Source: Desulfolithobacter dissulfuricans
Lineage (GTDB): Bacteria > Desulfobacterota > Desulfobulbia > Desulfobulbales > Desulfobulbaceae
Direction: 5' to 3'
DNA length: 32,000 nucleotides
NCBI RefSeq assembly: GCF_025998535.1
Contig: NZ_AP024233.1
Coordinates: 1,369,219-1,401,218 of the forward strand
In this document: piece by piece, positions 18,417 to 28,818 of the stretch
Layout: every line of letters begins with the position of its first letter
Numbering within the stretch: the stretch's first letter is position 1
Translations under genes and position numbers: made by a program
The notes under the pieces: generated by a model
What the model saw: only the letters and a program-made list of their open reading frames with translations
The model's database searches: none
What the model was told of the DNA's origin: nothing

Positions 18417-18655
18417 CGGAGGTATCGCTCATGATTTTAATAATCTTTTGACAGTTATAAATGGATATGCCGAGATGGCATTAATGCGGATCGATGAAAA
18501 CAATCCACTGTATAATGCTGTTACGTCGATACGGCAAGCCGGAAAAAAAGCTGAAAATTTAACCAGTCAATTGTTGGCATTCAGCCGAAAACAAATATAT
18601 AAGCCTGAAGTACTGAATATTAATAATGCTATTAAATCATTGGACAATATGCTGC
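18417..18655 (+). pseudogene. Hybrid sensor histidine kinase, fragment 2 of 3 (H-box / HisKA: GGIAHDFNNLLTVINGYAEMAL...SLDNML)
   Basis: Joining 15801 to 18423 gives LAGGIAHDFNN, the phospho-acceptor His box, in frame. Confidence 0.9.
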
Positions 18656-20416
18656 CAGCAATTCCCGGAGGACGCTGAATCCCTGATATAATGCAATTTG
18701 TCAAAAGTCCTTTCGTAAACTTTATGCAAATTTTTACGGTGAATGTTAAATTTTTCTTGACATATCAATGAGTTAGCGATTTCCGCCTTTTTGTAAGAAA
18801 AACAATAACTTACAAGGAGGCGACCATGTCGAACCAAATCAGAACAATCGTGAAAGCAAGCATCAGACAAGCCGCACATATCGAGCAGATCAGGTTGCGC
18901 AAGGACCTGAATGCGGATGCTCTGTTTGCAACAATGCGCTCTGGATTTGAAAAAATCAAGGACCATCGTCCAGGTCAGGTCAAGCATACGCTGGCCGATA
19001 CGCTCATGTCGGCTTTTGCCATGTTTTCCCTGAAAGATCCGTCGTTGCTGGCTTTTGATTGCCGACGGCTCGACGACCCCGATAATCTGAAGACCATCTA
19101 CGGCATGGCTACGATTCCCAGCGACACATCCATGCGTGAGATTCTCGACCCGGTTGACCCTACTCTCCTCAGACCGCTGTTCAAGGACGCCTTTCGTCCG
19201 TTACAGCGAGGCAAGGTGCTGGAGAAGATGGTCTTCATGGAAGAGGGATACTTGCTCAACCTGGACGGTACCGGTTATTTTTCTTCCAGTAAGCTGTATT
19301 CTCCGGCCTGCCTGGAAAAGAAGAGCCGCAGTGGTAAAATAACCTACCATTTACAAGCGGTTGGCGCAGCCGTTGTTCATCCTGGATTCCGGGAGATGAT
19401 CCCTCTTTGTCCGGAGATCATCAGGAAGCAGGACGGCACCACCAAACAGGATTGTGAACGAAACGCCGTCAGAAGGATGCTGGTCAAACTGCGCCAGGAT
19501 CATCCTCACCTGAAGTTCATCGTCAACGAGGATTCCCTGGCCTCCAACGCACCGCATATCAGAGACCTGCGGGAACTGGGTTTCCGTTACATCCTGGGTG
19601 TCAAAGAGGGGGACCATAAGTTTCTCTTTGAATACGTTGATCAGGCCGTGGAGGACGGTCAGGCAGTGGAGTTGGTTCTTCCCGATACAAAGAAAGAGGA
19701 GATATCCCACTGTTTCCGCATTGTCTACCATGCTCCGCTCAATAAGGGCAACCAGGACATCCGGGTCACCTTTGTCGAGTATTGGGAGGATAATCCCAAG
19801 AGAAAGAAGCCGTTGCGCTTCAGCTGGATAACCGATCTGTCCGTAACACCGGACAATGTGTACCAGTTCATGCGTGGTGCCCGGGCCCGGTGGAAGATAG
19901 AGAATGAGACCTTCAACACCTTGAAGAACCAGGGGTACCAGTTTGGCCATAATTTTGGCCTTGGCAAACAGCACTTGAGTGAGGTGTTTGTACACCTTAT
20001 GATGCTGGCCTTTCTGGTGGATCAGATTCAGCAGCTATGCTGCCCATTGTTTAAAGCAGCCCGTAAGCTGTATCGCACCAATCGATCCTTCTGGGAAAAG
20101 GTTCGATACCATTTCTACGGTTATGTTCTCAAAACCATGGAGGAATTGTATTATACCCTGTTACTGGCACGCCGACGTAACCTTACCTCATAGACGGGAG
20201 AGGTTATATCGCTATTTCAAAGATCAGGCCTTCCGGTTGAAAAATAACAACCGGGGGCGGATGGACACGTCTGTCCAAAAAACGGAATTTTTACCTTCCG
20301 GCAGGCAAAATACTGCAAATATGTCGACAGGAAGAGCTGGTTTTACCTCTCGGCTTGTTTCCTCGACTGAAAAATCAACTCTTCGGCGGTCGATTGTGAC
20401 CTTCCGGGAATAGCTG
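18656..20416 (+). mobile_element. IS4-superfamily insertion sequence (1761 bp), 9-bp TSD ATATGCTGC
   Basis: Inverted repeats CAGCAATTCCCGGAGG / CAGCTATTCCCGGAAGG (reverse complement). ATATGCTGC at 18647-18655 and 20417-20425. Confidence 0.9.
18826..20193 (+). CDS. DDE transposase (455 aa), IS4-like
   Basis: AAGGAGG RBS. C-terminal RWKIENETFNTLKNQGYQFGHNFGLGKQHL motif typical of a DDE_Tnp_1-type clade. Subgroup not assigned. Confidence 0.8.
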   Translation: MSNQIRTIVKASIRQAAHIEQIRLRKDLNADALFATMRSGFEKIKDHRPGQVKHTLADTLMSAFAMFSLKDPSLLAFDCRRLDDPDNLKTIYGMATIPSDTSMREILDPVDPTLLRPLFKDAFRPLQRGKVLEKMVFMEEGYLLNLDGTGYFSSSKLYSPACLEKKSRSGKITYHLQAVGAAVVHPGFREMIPLCPEIIRKQDGTTKQDCERNAVRRMLVKLRQDHPHLKFIVNEDSLASNAPHIRDLRELGFRYILGVKEGDHKFLFEYVDQAVEDGQAVELVLPDTKKEEISHCFRIVYHAPLNKGNQDIRVTFVEYWEDNPKRKKPLRFSWITDLSVTPDNVYQFMRGARARWKIENETFNTLKNQGYQFGHNFGLGKQHLSEVFVHLMMLAFLVDQIQQLCCPLFKAARKLYRTNRSFWEKVRYHFYGYVLKTMEELYYTLLLARRRNLTS

Positions 20417-21297
20417 ATATGCTGCGTAGGTTGATATGGGAAGATATTAGCATCAAGACTATCTTAGCTGAAGATCTTCCGAATATCAAAGCTGATAAAT
20501 CTCAAATAGATCAAATATTAATTAATCTGGTGCTAAATGCACGTGATGCACTTGGTGCTGTTTTAGAGCCAAATTTTAAGAAAAAAATAATAATTGAAAC
20601 TGGAAATGTTATACTTGATAATGAAGATGTCTCAAGTCATTCCGGAGGTAAAAAAGGCCAGCATGTTTTTTTTGCTGTTTCCGATAACGGAATTGGTATG
20701 ACCAAAGAAACAAAGAGACAAATATTTGAACCGTTTTTCACAGCGAAAGAAAAAGGTACTGGCTTAGGCTTGTCGATGGTATATGGAATCGTCAAGCAAA
20801 ATAATGGCAGCATCTACGTCTATACCGAGCCAGACGAAGGGACGATGTTTAAAATATATTGGCCTGTATGCAACGAGGAAGTTTCTCTTGAAAAAAATAT
20901 TCATGAAGAAACTGTAAAATTGTCAAGCAATGAAACTATTTTATTAGTTGAAGATGACGAAAATGTTCGTAACTTTGCAAGTGTAACGCTGGAATCTTTA
21001 GGCTACAAAGTTTACCAGGCATCAAATGGCAGAATTGCTTTAGATTTAATACATTCAGGTGAATGTAAGTTTGACCTGATTTTAACAGATTTAATCATGC
21101 CAGAAATGAACGGCAAGGAGCTTGTGGAACAAGTTAAAAAAATATTACCTGAATCTAAAGTGATTTACGTATCAGGATATACTGATAATCACATTGTGCA
21201 CAACGGATTATTGGAGGAAGGTGTAAAATTTCTCCATAAACCATATTCTGTAGATTCACTTGCAAAAATTATCAGGCAAGTGTTGGATCAAAAATAG
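20417..21297 (+). pseudogene. Hybrid sensor histidine kinase, fragment 3 of 3 (HATPase_c plus C-terminal receiver domain)
   Basis: N-box QILINLVLNARDA, G-boxes DNGIGM and GTGLGLS, then REC ILLVEDDENVR...DLILTDLIMPEMNG. The three fragments sum to 1944 nt (647 aa), in frame. Confidence 0.9.
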
Positions 21298-21677
21298 ATC
21301 TTTTATCTGTACCAGCATCTGACTGTGGTAAGGTTGCTGATGCAAAGATAAAGAAGAACCAAGAGACAGGAGTATGTCTGTCCCTTTCTTCTCCTCAACA
21401 CGTAAACAATCCAATCACTTGGCAGTAGCGGAGAAAAATTGCCATTTGCTGTCCCACAACCAGGCCGGTTCTGGCCGGTTACCTGTACAAAGGCGAGATT
21501 ATATTGACGTGCGTGTTCCGTACGCGGATGATTGTCCCTGGCCAACTCTTCGAATGTTGGAATTAAATTCGTCTGGTGAGGCTACTCCTGAAATCCTTTC
21601 TGCACTTCCCCTTGTTCTCCATCCAACTGATTGCCTACCAGTTATTTTCATTTATGAATCTTGTACTTGCTGATCTG

Positions 21678-21803
21678 CAATAAAAACTTCCTTTTGTAAC
21701 CATTTTGTTACCTTTAGTGTGTTATCAATAATAAAGGACTGCAGTATGGAACCATAAGTTGTGAAATCAACTGGTTGCTTATCAATGAAATAGTCTGAGA
21801 GGG
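21678..21803 (+). repeat. Conserved non-coding motif, copy B (with about 60-nt internal insertion relative to copy A)
   Basis: CAATAAAAAC...GTAACCATTTTGTTACCTTTAGTGTGTTATCAATAA ... CTGAGAGGG. Same orientation as copy A. Confidence 0.5.
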
Positions 21804-22292
21804 TTACGGTAATACTGGATGACCCGGTATTCTAGCGGAGATCTGAACGTGTTTTCATAATGGTTGGGGCCATATCGTTAGGGTATTTTGGCTTCAGGCT
21901 GTATGAGCTTGGCATTGGAAAGGGGCAGAGCAATCACAAAGTTCAATCATATTTTCTTAAATTGGTCCTTTCCGGTCAGGTCCGGCTGGGGGCATATCTT
22001 CTCGACAAGGACGGCAACACGCATGGCGAAGGATTTTATCCGACCTTTGCCCAGCCAGACGGGGAGACCCAGATGCATGTTGCCTGGGAGAGAAGTCGGT
22101 CTCGCTACCTCTTTATCGGTGCTTCCGAAAATTCAGTGGGTAAATCCCCTGGTTTCATTTCCTCAACCACCCCTTCAGGTTGATTGTGAGGGTAGTTGAG
22201 GGAATGAAACCAGTTCCCACCTGGCTCCTGGTAGCGATTTTCAGGCTATCACGCTACATTTACCTCCAAACCATGAATTCCGGAGGAGTGAT

Positions 22293-23181
22293 ATGCGTGA
22301 TATTGACCTGTACTATCATCTGTTAGGCCTGGAAAAGCCATGGTCTGTTGCCCGTGTTGAACTTGATCCTGGTTCCCAGAGGGTAGATATCTGGGTTGAC
22401 CATCCCCGGGGCGAGAAATGGCCCTGCCCGGAATGTGGAAAGCCCGGAAACCTGCATGACCATGCCGAAGAAAGAACGTGGCGCCATCTGGACAGCTGCC
22501 AGTTTCAGACCTTTCTTCATGCAAGACCACCACGGATGAAGTGTTCCAGGCATGGTGTGCGCCGTGTACGGCTGCCATGGGCCGAACCACATGCCAGGTT
22601 CACCCTGCTGTTTGAAGGGTTTGCTATCGATGTCCTGCTGCACACCTCTATACAGGCGGCCAGGCGTATCCTGAGGGTCAGCTGGGATGAGGCGTACCAT
22701 CTCATGGAACGCGCCGTGACCAGGGGACTCAGACGAAAGGGGTGCAAGACCATTCCTGTTATCGGGGTTGACGAGAAGTCGGTCGGCAAGGGCCAGCGGA
22801 ACTACGTCACCGTGGTCAGTGACCTTGGCCGCAGCACGGTGGAAGAGGTTATCGTTGGCCGGAGCAGCAGGAGCCTGGAAACATATTTTCAGCAGCTGAC
22901 GCCACAGCAGCGGGATACCATTGAAGCTGTCTCCATGGACATGTCCAGTGCCTATATCTCGGCGGTGGAGAAAACGTGGCCGGAGGACGGGAGGGACAAG
23001 ATCGTTTTTGACCGTTTTCACGTGATGAAACAGCTTGGTGATGCAGTGGACAAGGTGCGAAGACAGGAGCACAAGGCCCTGCTTCGGGCAGGCAGCAGCC
23101 TGCTCACCGGAACCAGATATATCTGGCTCTATGCCAGGGAGAACCTGCCTGAAAAGTACTGGAACAGGTTCTTCCGTCTGA
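22293..23181 (+). pseudogene. ISL3-family transposase, N-terminal fragment
   Basis: GGAGGAG RBS. Zn-finger WPCPECG...H, then VIGVDEKSVGKGQRNYVTVVSD and FDRFHVMK. Broken after ...NRFFRL. Confidence 0.9.
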
Positions 23182-25137
23182 CAGGAGTTTATAGGGATTC
23201 ACCATTTTTAACAAAAAAACTTCAAGAATTCAGCTAGTTGCTTTCACAAAACATGTAAGACCCTACACGCCTCCCAAGATTTCATCCCAAAAAAATATAG
23301 AAAAACAAGATAATGGGCGTTTTTCGCTTGCACATGTAAGACCCTACTGATATCTTGTGGATATGGCACACCTGCATAAAAAGATGAAAAAGGGAAGGCC
23401 CTACTATTATGTCCGGGAGATCGCGCGGGTCGACGGCAAACCCAAGGTCATCAATCAGATATACCTGGGGTCACCTGAACGTATTCTCGAGATGGCACAG
23501 GGCGGCAACAGCATGCCCAAAAAAATCCAGGCGCAAGCCTTTGGTGCACTCTGGCTCGCGAATCTCGTTGAAAAGGAAATAGACCTTGCCGGTCTGATTG
23601 ACGGGATCGTGGCTGAAGAAAAAGATAATGCGCCATCTGTGGGCGAATATTTTCTCTATGCCGTCTATAACCGGATGATCCAGGCCTGTTCGAAACGGGC
23701 AATGCCGGGATGGTATAAGGCCACTGCCATCCAGCATATTCGCCCTGTTCAGATTGACGAGCTCAACTCACAGATGTTCTGGTTCAAATGGAATCAGGTT
23801 GGAGAGCGGCAACTGCAGCAGATCGCGAAGGATTTTCTTCGGCGCATCTCCAGGATAGAGTCCTCGTCTTCAGACTGCTTCATGTTTGACACAACCAATT
23901 ACTACACCTTTATGGCCACAGATACCGAGTCGGTACTGGCCCAGAGGGGGAAAAGCAAGGAAGGGCGCAACTGGTTACGCCAGATAGGCGTTGCTCTTCT
24001 TGTCAGTCGGGATAAACGAATCCCGCTCTATTACAGGGAATACGAAGGCAATCGGCACGACTCAAAAATGTTTCTTCAGACCATGGAGGATATGTTCAGG
24101 GTCATGCGCGACTCTGCTGGGGAAGATGGTGCCTTGACCGTTGTCTTTGACAAGGGAATGAACAGTGAGGATAATATCGCCGCCATCGATGCCAGGGAAG
24201 GTGTCAACTTTATCACCACATATTCAACCCATTATGCTGACCATCTTGTCCATGTCGATCTGGACAGATTCAAGCCTGTTGATACTCGGAAAAACCGGAA
24301 ACTTGCTCAAAAGGGCAGAGAAGATGACCGGTTGCTGGCCTGGCGGACTCAAGGTGAATACTGGGGGCGGAAGCGCACAGTGGTGGTTACATACAATCCA
24401 CTGACGGCCGCAAAACAGCGTTACGCCTTTGAAAAAAAGATGCTTCGCCTTCAGGATACCCTGTTTGAATTTCAATCCAGGGTCAACAGGCAGGCCCCGT
24501 ACTGGCGTAAGCAATCAGTTGTTCTCAAGCGGTACATGGACATCTGCTCGGAGTTGCACATCCCGTCAGACCTGTACAAGGTTGAATTTTATGTTACAGA
24601 CAAGCGGCTCAGAATGAATTTTCGAAAGAACCATTACCGGATTGGGCGCTATATTGACCGGTTTGGCAAGAATATCATCATTACCAATATAACCGACTGG
24701 TCAACCGATGAAATCGTCCAGGCAAGCCTGGACCGCTGGACTGTTGAGGATGCTTTCCGGCTGACAAAAGATGAGTCACAGGTGGCGCTCAGGCCGGTAC
24801 GTCATTGGACTGACAGCAAGATCAGGTGCCACATCTTCACCTGCATAGCAGCCCTGGCACTCCTGCGCATCATCGAATTAAGGCTCAGGAAGGCAGGTGT
24901 TAACATGACAGCCAAGGCAGCTATGCGCCATATGGGCAATTTGCACTCCTGCCTTCTGTGGTTACCCGGAAAAAGGAAAGCCGTACGTATGCTGGAAGAA
25001 CCGGACGAGGCTCAGGCTGATATTATGCGGGCATTTGGATGGAAAATAGCCGGTGGGGTCTTACAGGAAATATAGATTTATCACTCTGGAATACCGTCAT
25101 TTTAATGAAAAAGTATGGAGGATTCTATAAACTCCTG
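23182..25137 (+). mobile_element. IS1634-like (IS4 superfamily) insertion sequence, copy A (1956 bp), 5-bp TSD TCTGA
   Basis: Inverted repeats CAGGAGTTTATAG(GGATTCACCAT) / CAGGAGTTTATAG(AATCCTCCAT). TCTGA at 23177-23181 and 25138-25142. Confidence 0.85.
23357..25075 (+). CDS. IS1634-like DDE transposase (572 aa from GTG 23357; ATG at 23363)
   Basis: N-terminus KKGRPYYYVREIARVDGKPKVINQIYLG and C-terminus RWTVEDAFRLTKDE are typical of IS1634-group transposases. Intact ORF. Confidence 0.8.
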   Translation: MDMAHLHKKMKKGRPYYYVREIARVDGKPKVINQIYLGSPERILEMAQGGNSMPKKIQAQAFGALWLANLVEKEIDLAGLIDGIVAEEKDNAPSVGEYFLYAVYNRMIQACSKRAMPGWYKATAIQHIRPVQIDELNSQMFWFKWNQVGERQLQQIAKDFLRRISRIESSSSDCFMFDTTNYYTFMATDTESVLAQRGKSKEGRNWLRQIGVALLVSRDKRIPLYYREYEGNRHDSKMFLQTMEDMFRVMRDSAGEDGALTVVFDKGMNSEDNIAAIDAREGVNFITTYSTHYADHLVHVDLDRFKPVDTRKNRKLAQKGREDDRLLAWRTQGEYWGRKRTVVVTYNPLTAAKQRYAFEKKMLRLQDTLFEFQSRVNRQAPYWRKQSVVLKRYMDICSELHIPSDLYKVEFYVTDKRLRMNFRKNHYRIGRYIDRFGKNIIITNITDWSTDEIVQASLDRWTVEDAFRLTKDESQVALRPVRHWTDSKIRCHIFTCIAALALLRIIELRLRKAGVNMTAKAAMRHMGNLHSCLLWLPGKRKAVRMLEEPDEAQADIMRAFGWKIAGGVLQEI

Positions 25138-25492
25138 TCTGAAGGATGCTGATCTGAAAACAGCGCGAGCCTGGGCCCTCAAGGAGAACATTCGAAAATT
25201 GTGGGATTATAAATGTTCGCATTGGGCCTGGCACCACTGGAAGCGATGGTTTTTCTGGGCAACCCACAGCCGTCTTGAACCTGTGAGAAAAGCGGCCTAT
25301 ACCCTGAAGAACCATCTGTATGGAATCATGAATTATTTTAAACATCGCATTACCAATGGTGCCGCCGAGGGAATCAACTCCCGGATCGCAACCCTGCTGA
25401 AAACAGCCTGTGGTTTTCGGAACAAGGCCCGCCTGAGGATTGCTATCCTCTTTCACTTTGGCGGCCTCGAAATGTATCCCGTTACCCACTGA
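25138..25492 (+). pseudogene. ISL3-family transposase, C-terminal fragment
   Basis: Joining 23181 to 25143 gives NRFFRLKDADLKTARAWALKE..., 1239 nt (412 aa), in frame. C-terminal ITNGAAEGINSRI motif. Confidence 0.9.
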
Positions 25493-25716
25493 AAACCCGG
25501 AAGGACCTCTTTATCTGGATGTATGAATCGTACAAAAGCGAATCCTATAGTCGGCCCGGGTGTGTACAAGGAGGTGATCAGGGGGAAGGGGAGTTGTTTT
25601 TCCGAGGACGCGGGCGGATACCACTTCGCCGTGTCGTCCAGAAACTTGGCTGGGGCACGTTAGGTAACTTATTCATACACTGACAACCAGTTGGTTTATC
25701 TGATGGGGGTGCTGGA

Positions 25717-26152
25717 ATGGCTGGAACGATAGTTGGTATTGCAATCGCCGGATCAAACGACCGCTGTTATGCCTGGTACCGGGACGGGACCGTCAGCTCA
25801 GGGGCCAGTTCGGACCTGGACAGATACGCCAAGCCGTACGAATACGCGATCCGCTTGCTCCTGACAAGCGGCGAGCTACGGAAAATTCTCAAGAACAGCC
25901 TAGGAGACAACCTCAACAAAACATGCCGCTTTCTCTTTGCAGATGGCACGTATTATTGCAGCCCGCGCAGTGACATCGACAGGCTGGTACGCGACAGCAG
26001 TATCGACAGGACTAGGTGGATAACGGAAAAACATGACTGTGACGATTTTGCCCTGTCGCTCAAGTACGATTTTGTCCGGGACGCCTACCTGGACGGTAAA
26101 AGAAGGTATCCCCACAGCCTGGGGATCCTCTGGGGCAGGGCCCTGAAGGAAG
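25717..26152 (+). pseudogene. Hypothetical protein, fragment 1; possible papain/transglutaminase-like Cys-His hydrolase (tentative)
   Basis: ATG 25717 with a stop 34 nt upstream in frame. EKHDCDDFALSL motif. Reading broken by IS21 copy 2 at 26153. Confidence 0.6.
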
Positions 26153-26235
26153 TGTTAATGATCACCTAATGGAGCCATCCATGATCGGGTTAATGAGGCC
26201 ACTTTCAGGTGGTCATTTTGGGCTCTCGAACGTGG

Positions 26236-27021
26236 TTAATTTTTAGACGATTTTTCTGTTTTTTCCACCTCCTTTTTTTGGGGTTTTGGCAGTGGTTTTG
26301 TGGTCCGGTAACTTTTGCCATCGAGGACCACGCAATAGGCGCCATGGCGTATGCGGTCGATGGTGGCTGCACCCAGCAGTTTGTTGGGAAAGGCGTCACG
26401 CCATTCGGACAGATCCAGGTTACTGGTGATGATGGTCGAACGTCGTTCATACCGTTCGCCGATCAGGTCGTGGATATCCTCGTCCTGGGGTGTGCGGAGA
26501 GGCTTGAGTCCAAAATCGTCGATGATCAGCAGGTCGACCTTGGCCAGGGTATTCAGGCGCCGGTCGTAAGTGTTGGTGGCCCGGGCGGCCTGGAGCTGAC
26601 CGAGCAGTTTTGTCTGGGTCGTGAAGACAACATCACGACCCAGCCGGATGGCGCAATGGCCGAGTGCCTGGGCGATGTGACTCTTTCCGGTGCCGCAGGG
26701 GCCCACGATCAGGACACAGGCCTTTTCCTCCATGAAACGGCAGGTGGCCAAGTCCATTACCTGGGCCTTGTTGATGGCGGGATTGAAGGAAAAGTCGAAA
26801 TCCTCCAGGGTTTTCTGATTGCGGAACCCGGCACGCCTGATCCGCATGTCGAATTTTCGTTGCGTACGGCGCGCCACCTCGTCCTGGATAAGGAGGGCGA
26901 GGAAGTCGGTATAGGCCATTTTTTCATCGATCGCCTGCCGGTTCCGGATCTCCAGGGAATCCATGATCCCGGAGAGGCGCAGCTGCTTGAGCATGGGGAT
27001 CAGTTCGGGCATGGGATGCAT
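26236..27021 (-). CDS. istB: IstB (261 aa), copy 2
   Basis: MHPMPELIPML... with 7 amino-acid differences from copy 1, counted by eye. Confidence 0.9.
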   Translation of the reverse strand: MHPMPELIPMLKQLRLSGIMDSLEIRNRQAIDEKMAYTDFLALLIQDEVARRTQRKFDMRIRRAGFRNQKTLEDFDFSFNPAINKAQVMDLATCRFMEEKACVLIVGPCGTGKSHIAQALGHCAIRLGRDVVFTTQTKLLGQLQAARATNTYDRRLNTLAKVDLLIIDDFGLKPLRTPQDEDIHDLIGERYERRSTIITSNLDLSEWRDAFPNKLLGAATIDRIRHGAYCVVLDGKSYRTTKPLPKPQKKEVEKTEKSSKN

Positions 27022-28577
27022 ATCGAGTCCTCCTTGGACGAAGAGGTTGTGACCACTCTCGAGCATGTTCTTTGAAAACGTCCTTTGCCGGTATAGGTTG
27101 CCGGCAGGGGTGTGGGAACGGGATCGTCGGGCAGTTGATCGAGCCCCTTTGCCAGGATGGTCTTGACCGTGATGTACTTTGGACTGTCAAAGAAAAGAGC
27201 ACGCCGACAGGCGGCTTCCAGGCGGACCTGACCATACTTCCCGGCAAGGCCGATGACTCCCTGGGCAGCCCTGAGATTGTCCAGGACTCGGTGAGCGAAA
27301 AGAGACTCGATGAGACGTAAACAGTTGGGGCCTGTTACACCAGCCTGCCTGAGGCACCATTGCGGGTCACGCATCAGGTAGGCCACGGCATCGGGCGGCA
27401 GGTGACCGATGATGGTCGATTTCTCGCCGGGCCTGTGTTTCCGGGGATGAACCGCCACCAGTTCGTGATCGTGAAAGATCTTGACGGTCGTTTCCGTGGC
27501 CTTGACCCAGAGCTGTTTGCGGACCAGCCTGTAGGGTGCCGAGTAAAAGCATTTTTCAAATTGCAGATGACAGTTGCCATGCAGCTTGTGTGCAGACCAG
27601 ACCGCCAGCTCCGGCACCTTGGCCGGCAGGGGCTTGAGCAGGTGTTTTTCCGCTTCTGCAAAGAGGGAAAGCGGCTTCTGTCTGGTAGTGCCATGGACAC
27701 GGTTGCCGGCGCTCTCCATGATCCATTTGCGCAGTTGGCGGTTGGCATCACCAAGGCTTCTGAATCGGCGTAAAGGCAGGAAGCTGCGCTTGATATACTT
27801 GACTCCGGCCTCGACCCTGCCTTTTTTCCTTGGCTCGTTGGGCGGACAGGGCGAGACCAGGAAACCATAGCCTTCGGCCAGTTCAGCATAGGAACGCTGG
27901 ATCCTGGGATCCCGCCAGCATGCCCTGGTGATGGCGGACTTCAGGTTGTCGACCACCACCTTTTTCGGGATACCGCCGAAGAATTCAAAGGCCCGTCGGT
28001 GACAGCCAAGCCAGGTGTGTATTTTTTGGTCCCTGACGATCTCGGCATACTGATGCCGGCTGAAGGCCAGGGTCATGACAAAGAACCAGGTGGAAAACAC
28101 CTCGCCGGTGGTCGTATCCGTGATTTTCGGCCCCTTGCCGAAGTCGACCTGGGCCACCTCGCCCGGCTTGAAGTCGAGCATGACCGTGGCCTCTGGCGAG
28201 TCATTCTTCAGTTGCTGCAGGTACCGGCGTACCGCTGAATAACTGCCGGAAAAACCATGATCGCGTACCAGTGCCTGATGGATGGTGGTGCCAGAGATTC
28301 CCTGCCTGTGCCAGGACTTGATCTTCTCGTGGTAGGGCGCCAGAATGGAACCTGAAGCAGGGCGCCGGGGACGCTTGAGAACTGCAGCCAGGGTGTGGTC
28401 ATCCGGCAAAGGCCTCTTTGGGGAGAGCCAGCCCTTTTCCGTTGCGATACGACGGAATTCCGAAGCTTTGGCTCGTCCCATGAGACCGGCTTTGGCAATC
28501 TGGCGATCCGACTGGCCGGAGCGCATGTAGGCAAGGATCTGACGGTATTGGAACATCTCGAACCTCCTGTTGGCCAT
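27000..28577 (-). CDS. istA: IstA transposase (525 aa), copy 2
   Basis: MANRRFEMFQYRQIL... with about 15 differences in the first 100 aa versus copy 1, counted by eye. Confidence 0.9.
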   Translation of the reverse strand: MANRRFEMFQYRQILAYMRSGQSDRQIAKAGLMGRAKASEFRRIATEKGWLSPKRPLPDDHTLAAVLKRPRRPASGSILAPYHEKIKSWHRQGISGTTIHQALVRDHGFSGSYSAVRRYLQQLKNDSPEATVMLDFKPGEVAQVDFGKGPKITDTTTGEVFSTWFFVMTLAFSRHQYAEIVRDQKIHTWLGCHRRAFEFFGGIPKKVVVDNLKSAITRACWRDPRIQRSYAELAEGYGFLVSPCPPNEPRKKGRVEAGVKYIKRSFLPLRRFRSLGDANRQLRKWIMESAGNRVHGTTRQKPLSLFAEAEKHLLKPLPAKVPELAVWSAHKLHGNCHLQFEKCFYSAPYRLVRKQLWVKATETTVKIFHDHELVAVHPRKHRPGEKSTIIGHLPPDAVAYLMRDPQWCLRQAGVTGPNCLRLIESLFAHRVLDNLRAAQGVIGLAGKYGQVRLEAACRRALFFDSPKYITVKTILAKGLDQLPDDPVPTPLPATYTGKGRFQRTCSRVVTTSSSKEDSICIPCPN

Positions 28578-28818
28578 TGGTACACCTCCCTGGAAACGAT
28601 TGTGCTCTGTTCCACGGAGATATACCAGATTGTCAGGGAGTCCGAGAACCGGTTACGACCGGTAAAGTGGCTCGATTAACCTGATCACCGGCTGGCTCGA
28701 TTATGATGATCACGGGGTGGCTCAATTAGCGTGATCATCAGGTGGCTCCATTACGGCGATCATCGGGTGGCCCGATTAAGGTGATCATGAAGTGGCTCTA
28801 TATGGAGTGTCATTAACA

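Larger units (their letters stand above)
22230..25545 (+). mobile_element. ISL3-family insertion sequence carrying a nested IS (outer boundaries approximate and unresolved)
   Basis: Identified from its transposase. Only a weak candidate inverted-repeat pair (GGTAGCGATTTT / GGATTCGCTTTT) and no flanking 8-bp duplication found. Confidence 0.4.
26153..28818 (-). mobile_element. IS21-family insertion sequence, copy 2 (2666 bp), 5-bp TSD GGAAG
   Basis: Same termini as copy 1 (TGTTAATGA... / ...TCATTAACA). GGAAG at 26148-26152 and 28819-28823. Inverted relative to copy 1. Confidence 0.9.

Noticed and set aside
21860-22199. ORFs 21860..22183 and 21888..22199 (103-107 aa) as genes
   Set aside because: They are two overlapping frames of similar length with no RBS and no recognisable motif. 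Evidence is insufficient to annotate either.
25523-25663. 46-codon ORF (MNRTKANPIVGPGVYKEVIRGKGSCFSEDAGGYHFAVSS...) between the ISL3 transposase stop and the Cys-peptidase-like gene, as a displaced 5' exon of that gene
   Set aside because: It is in a different frame, has no motif support, and may lie within the undefined ISL3 right end. This cannot be supported from sequence alone.
8352-28818. Inverted IS21 copies bracketing 15 kb as a composite transposon
   Set aside because: Each copy has its own matching 5-bp duplication (GCGGG, GGAAG). The outer flanks do not share a duplication, and the copies are diverged.
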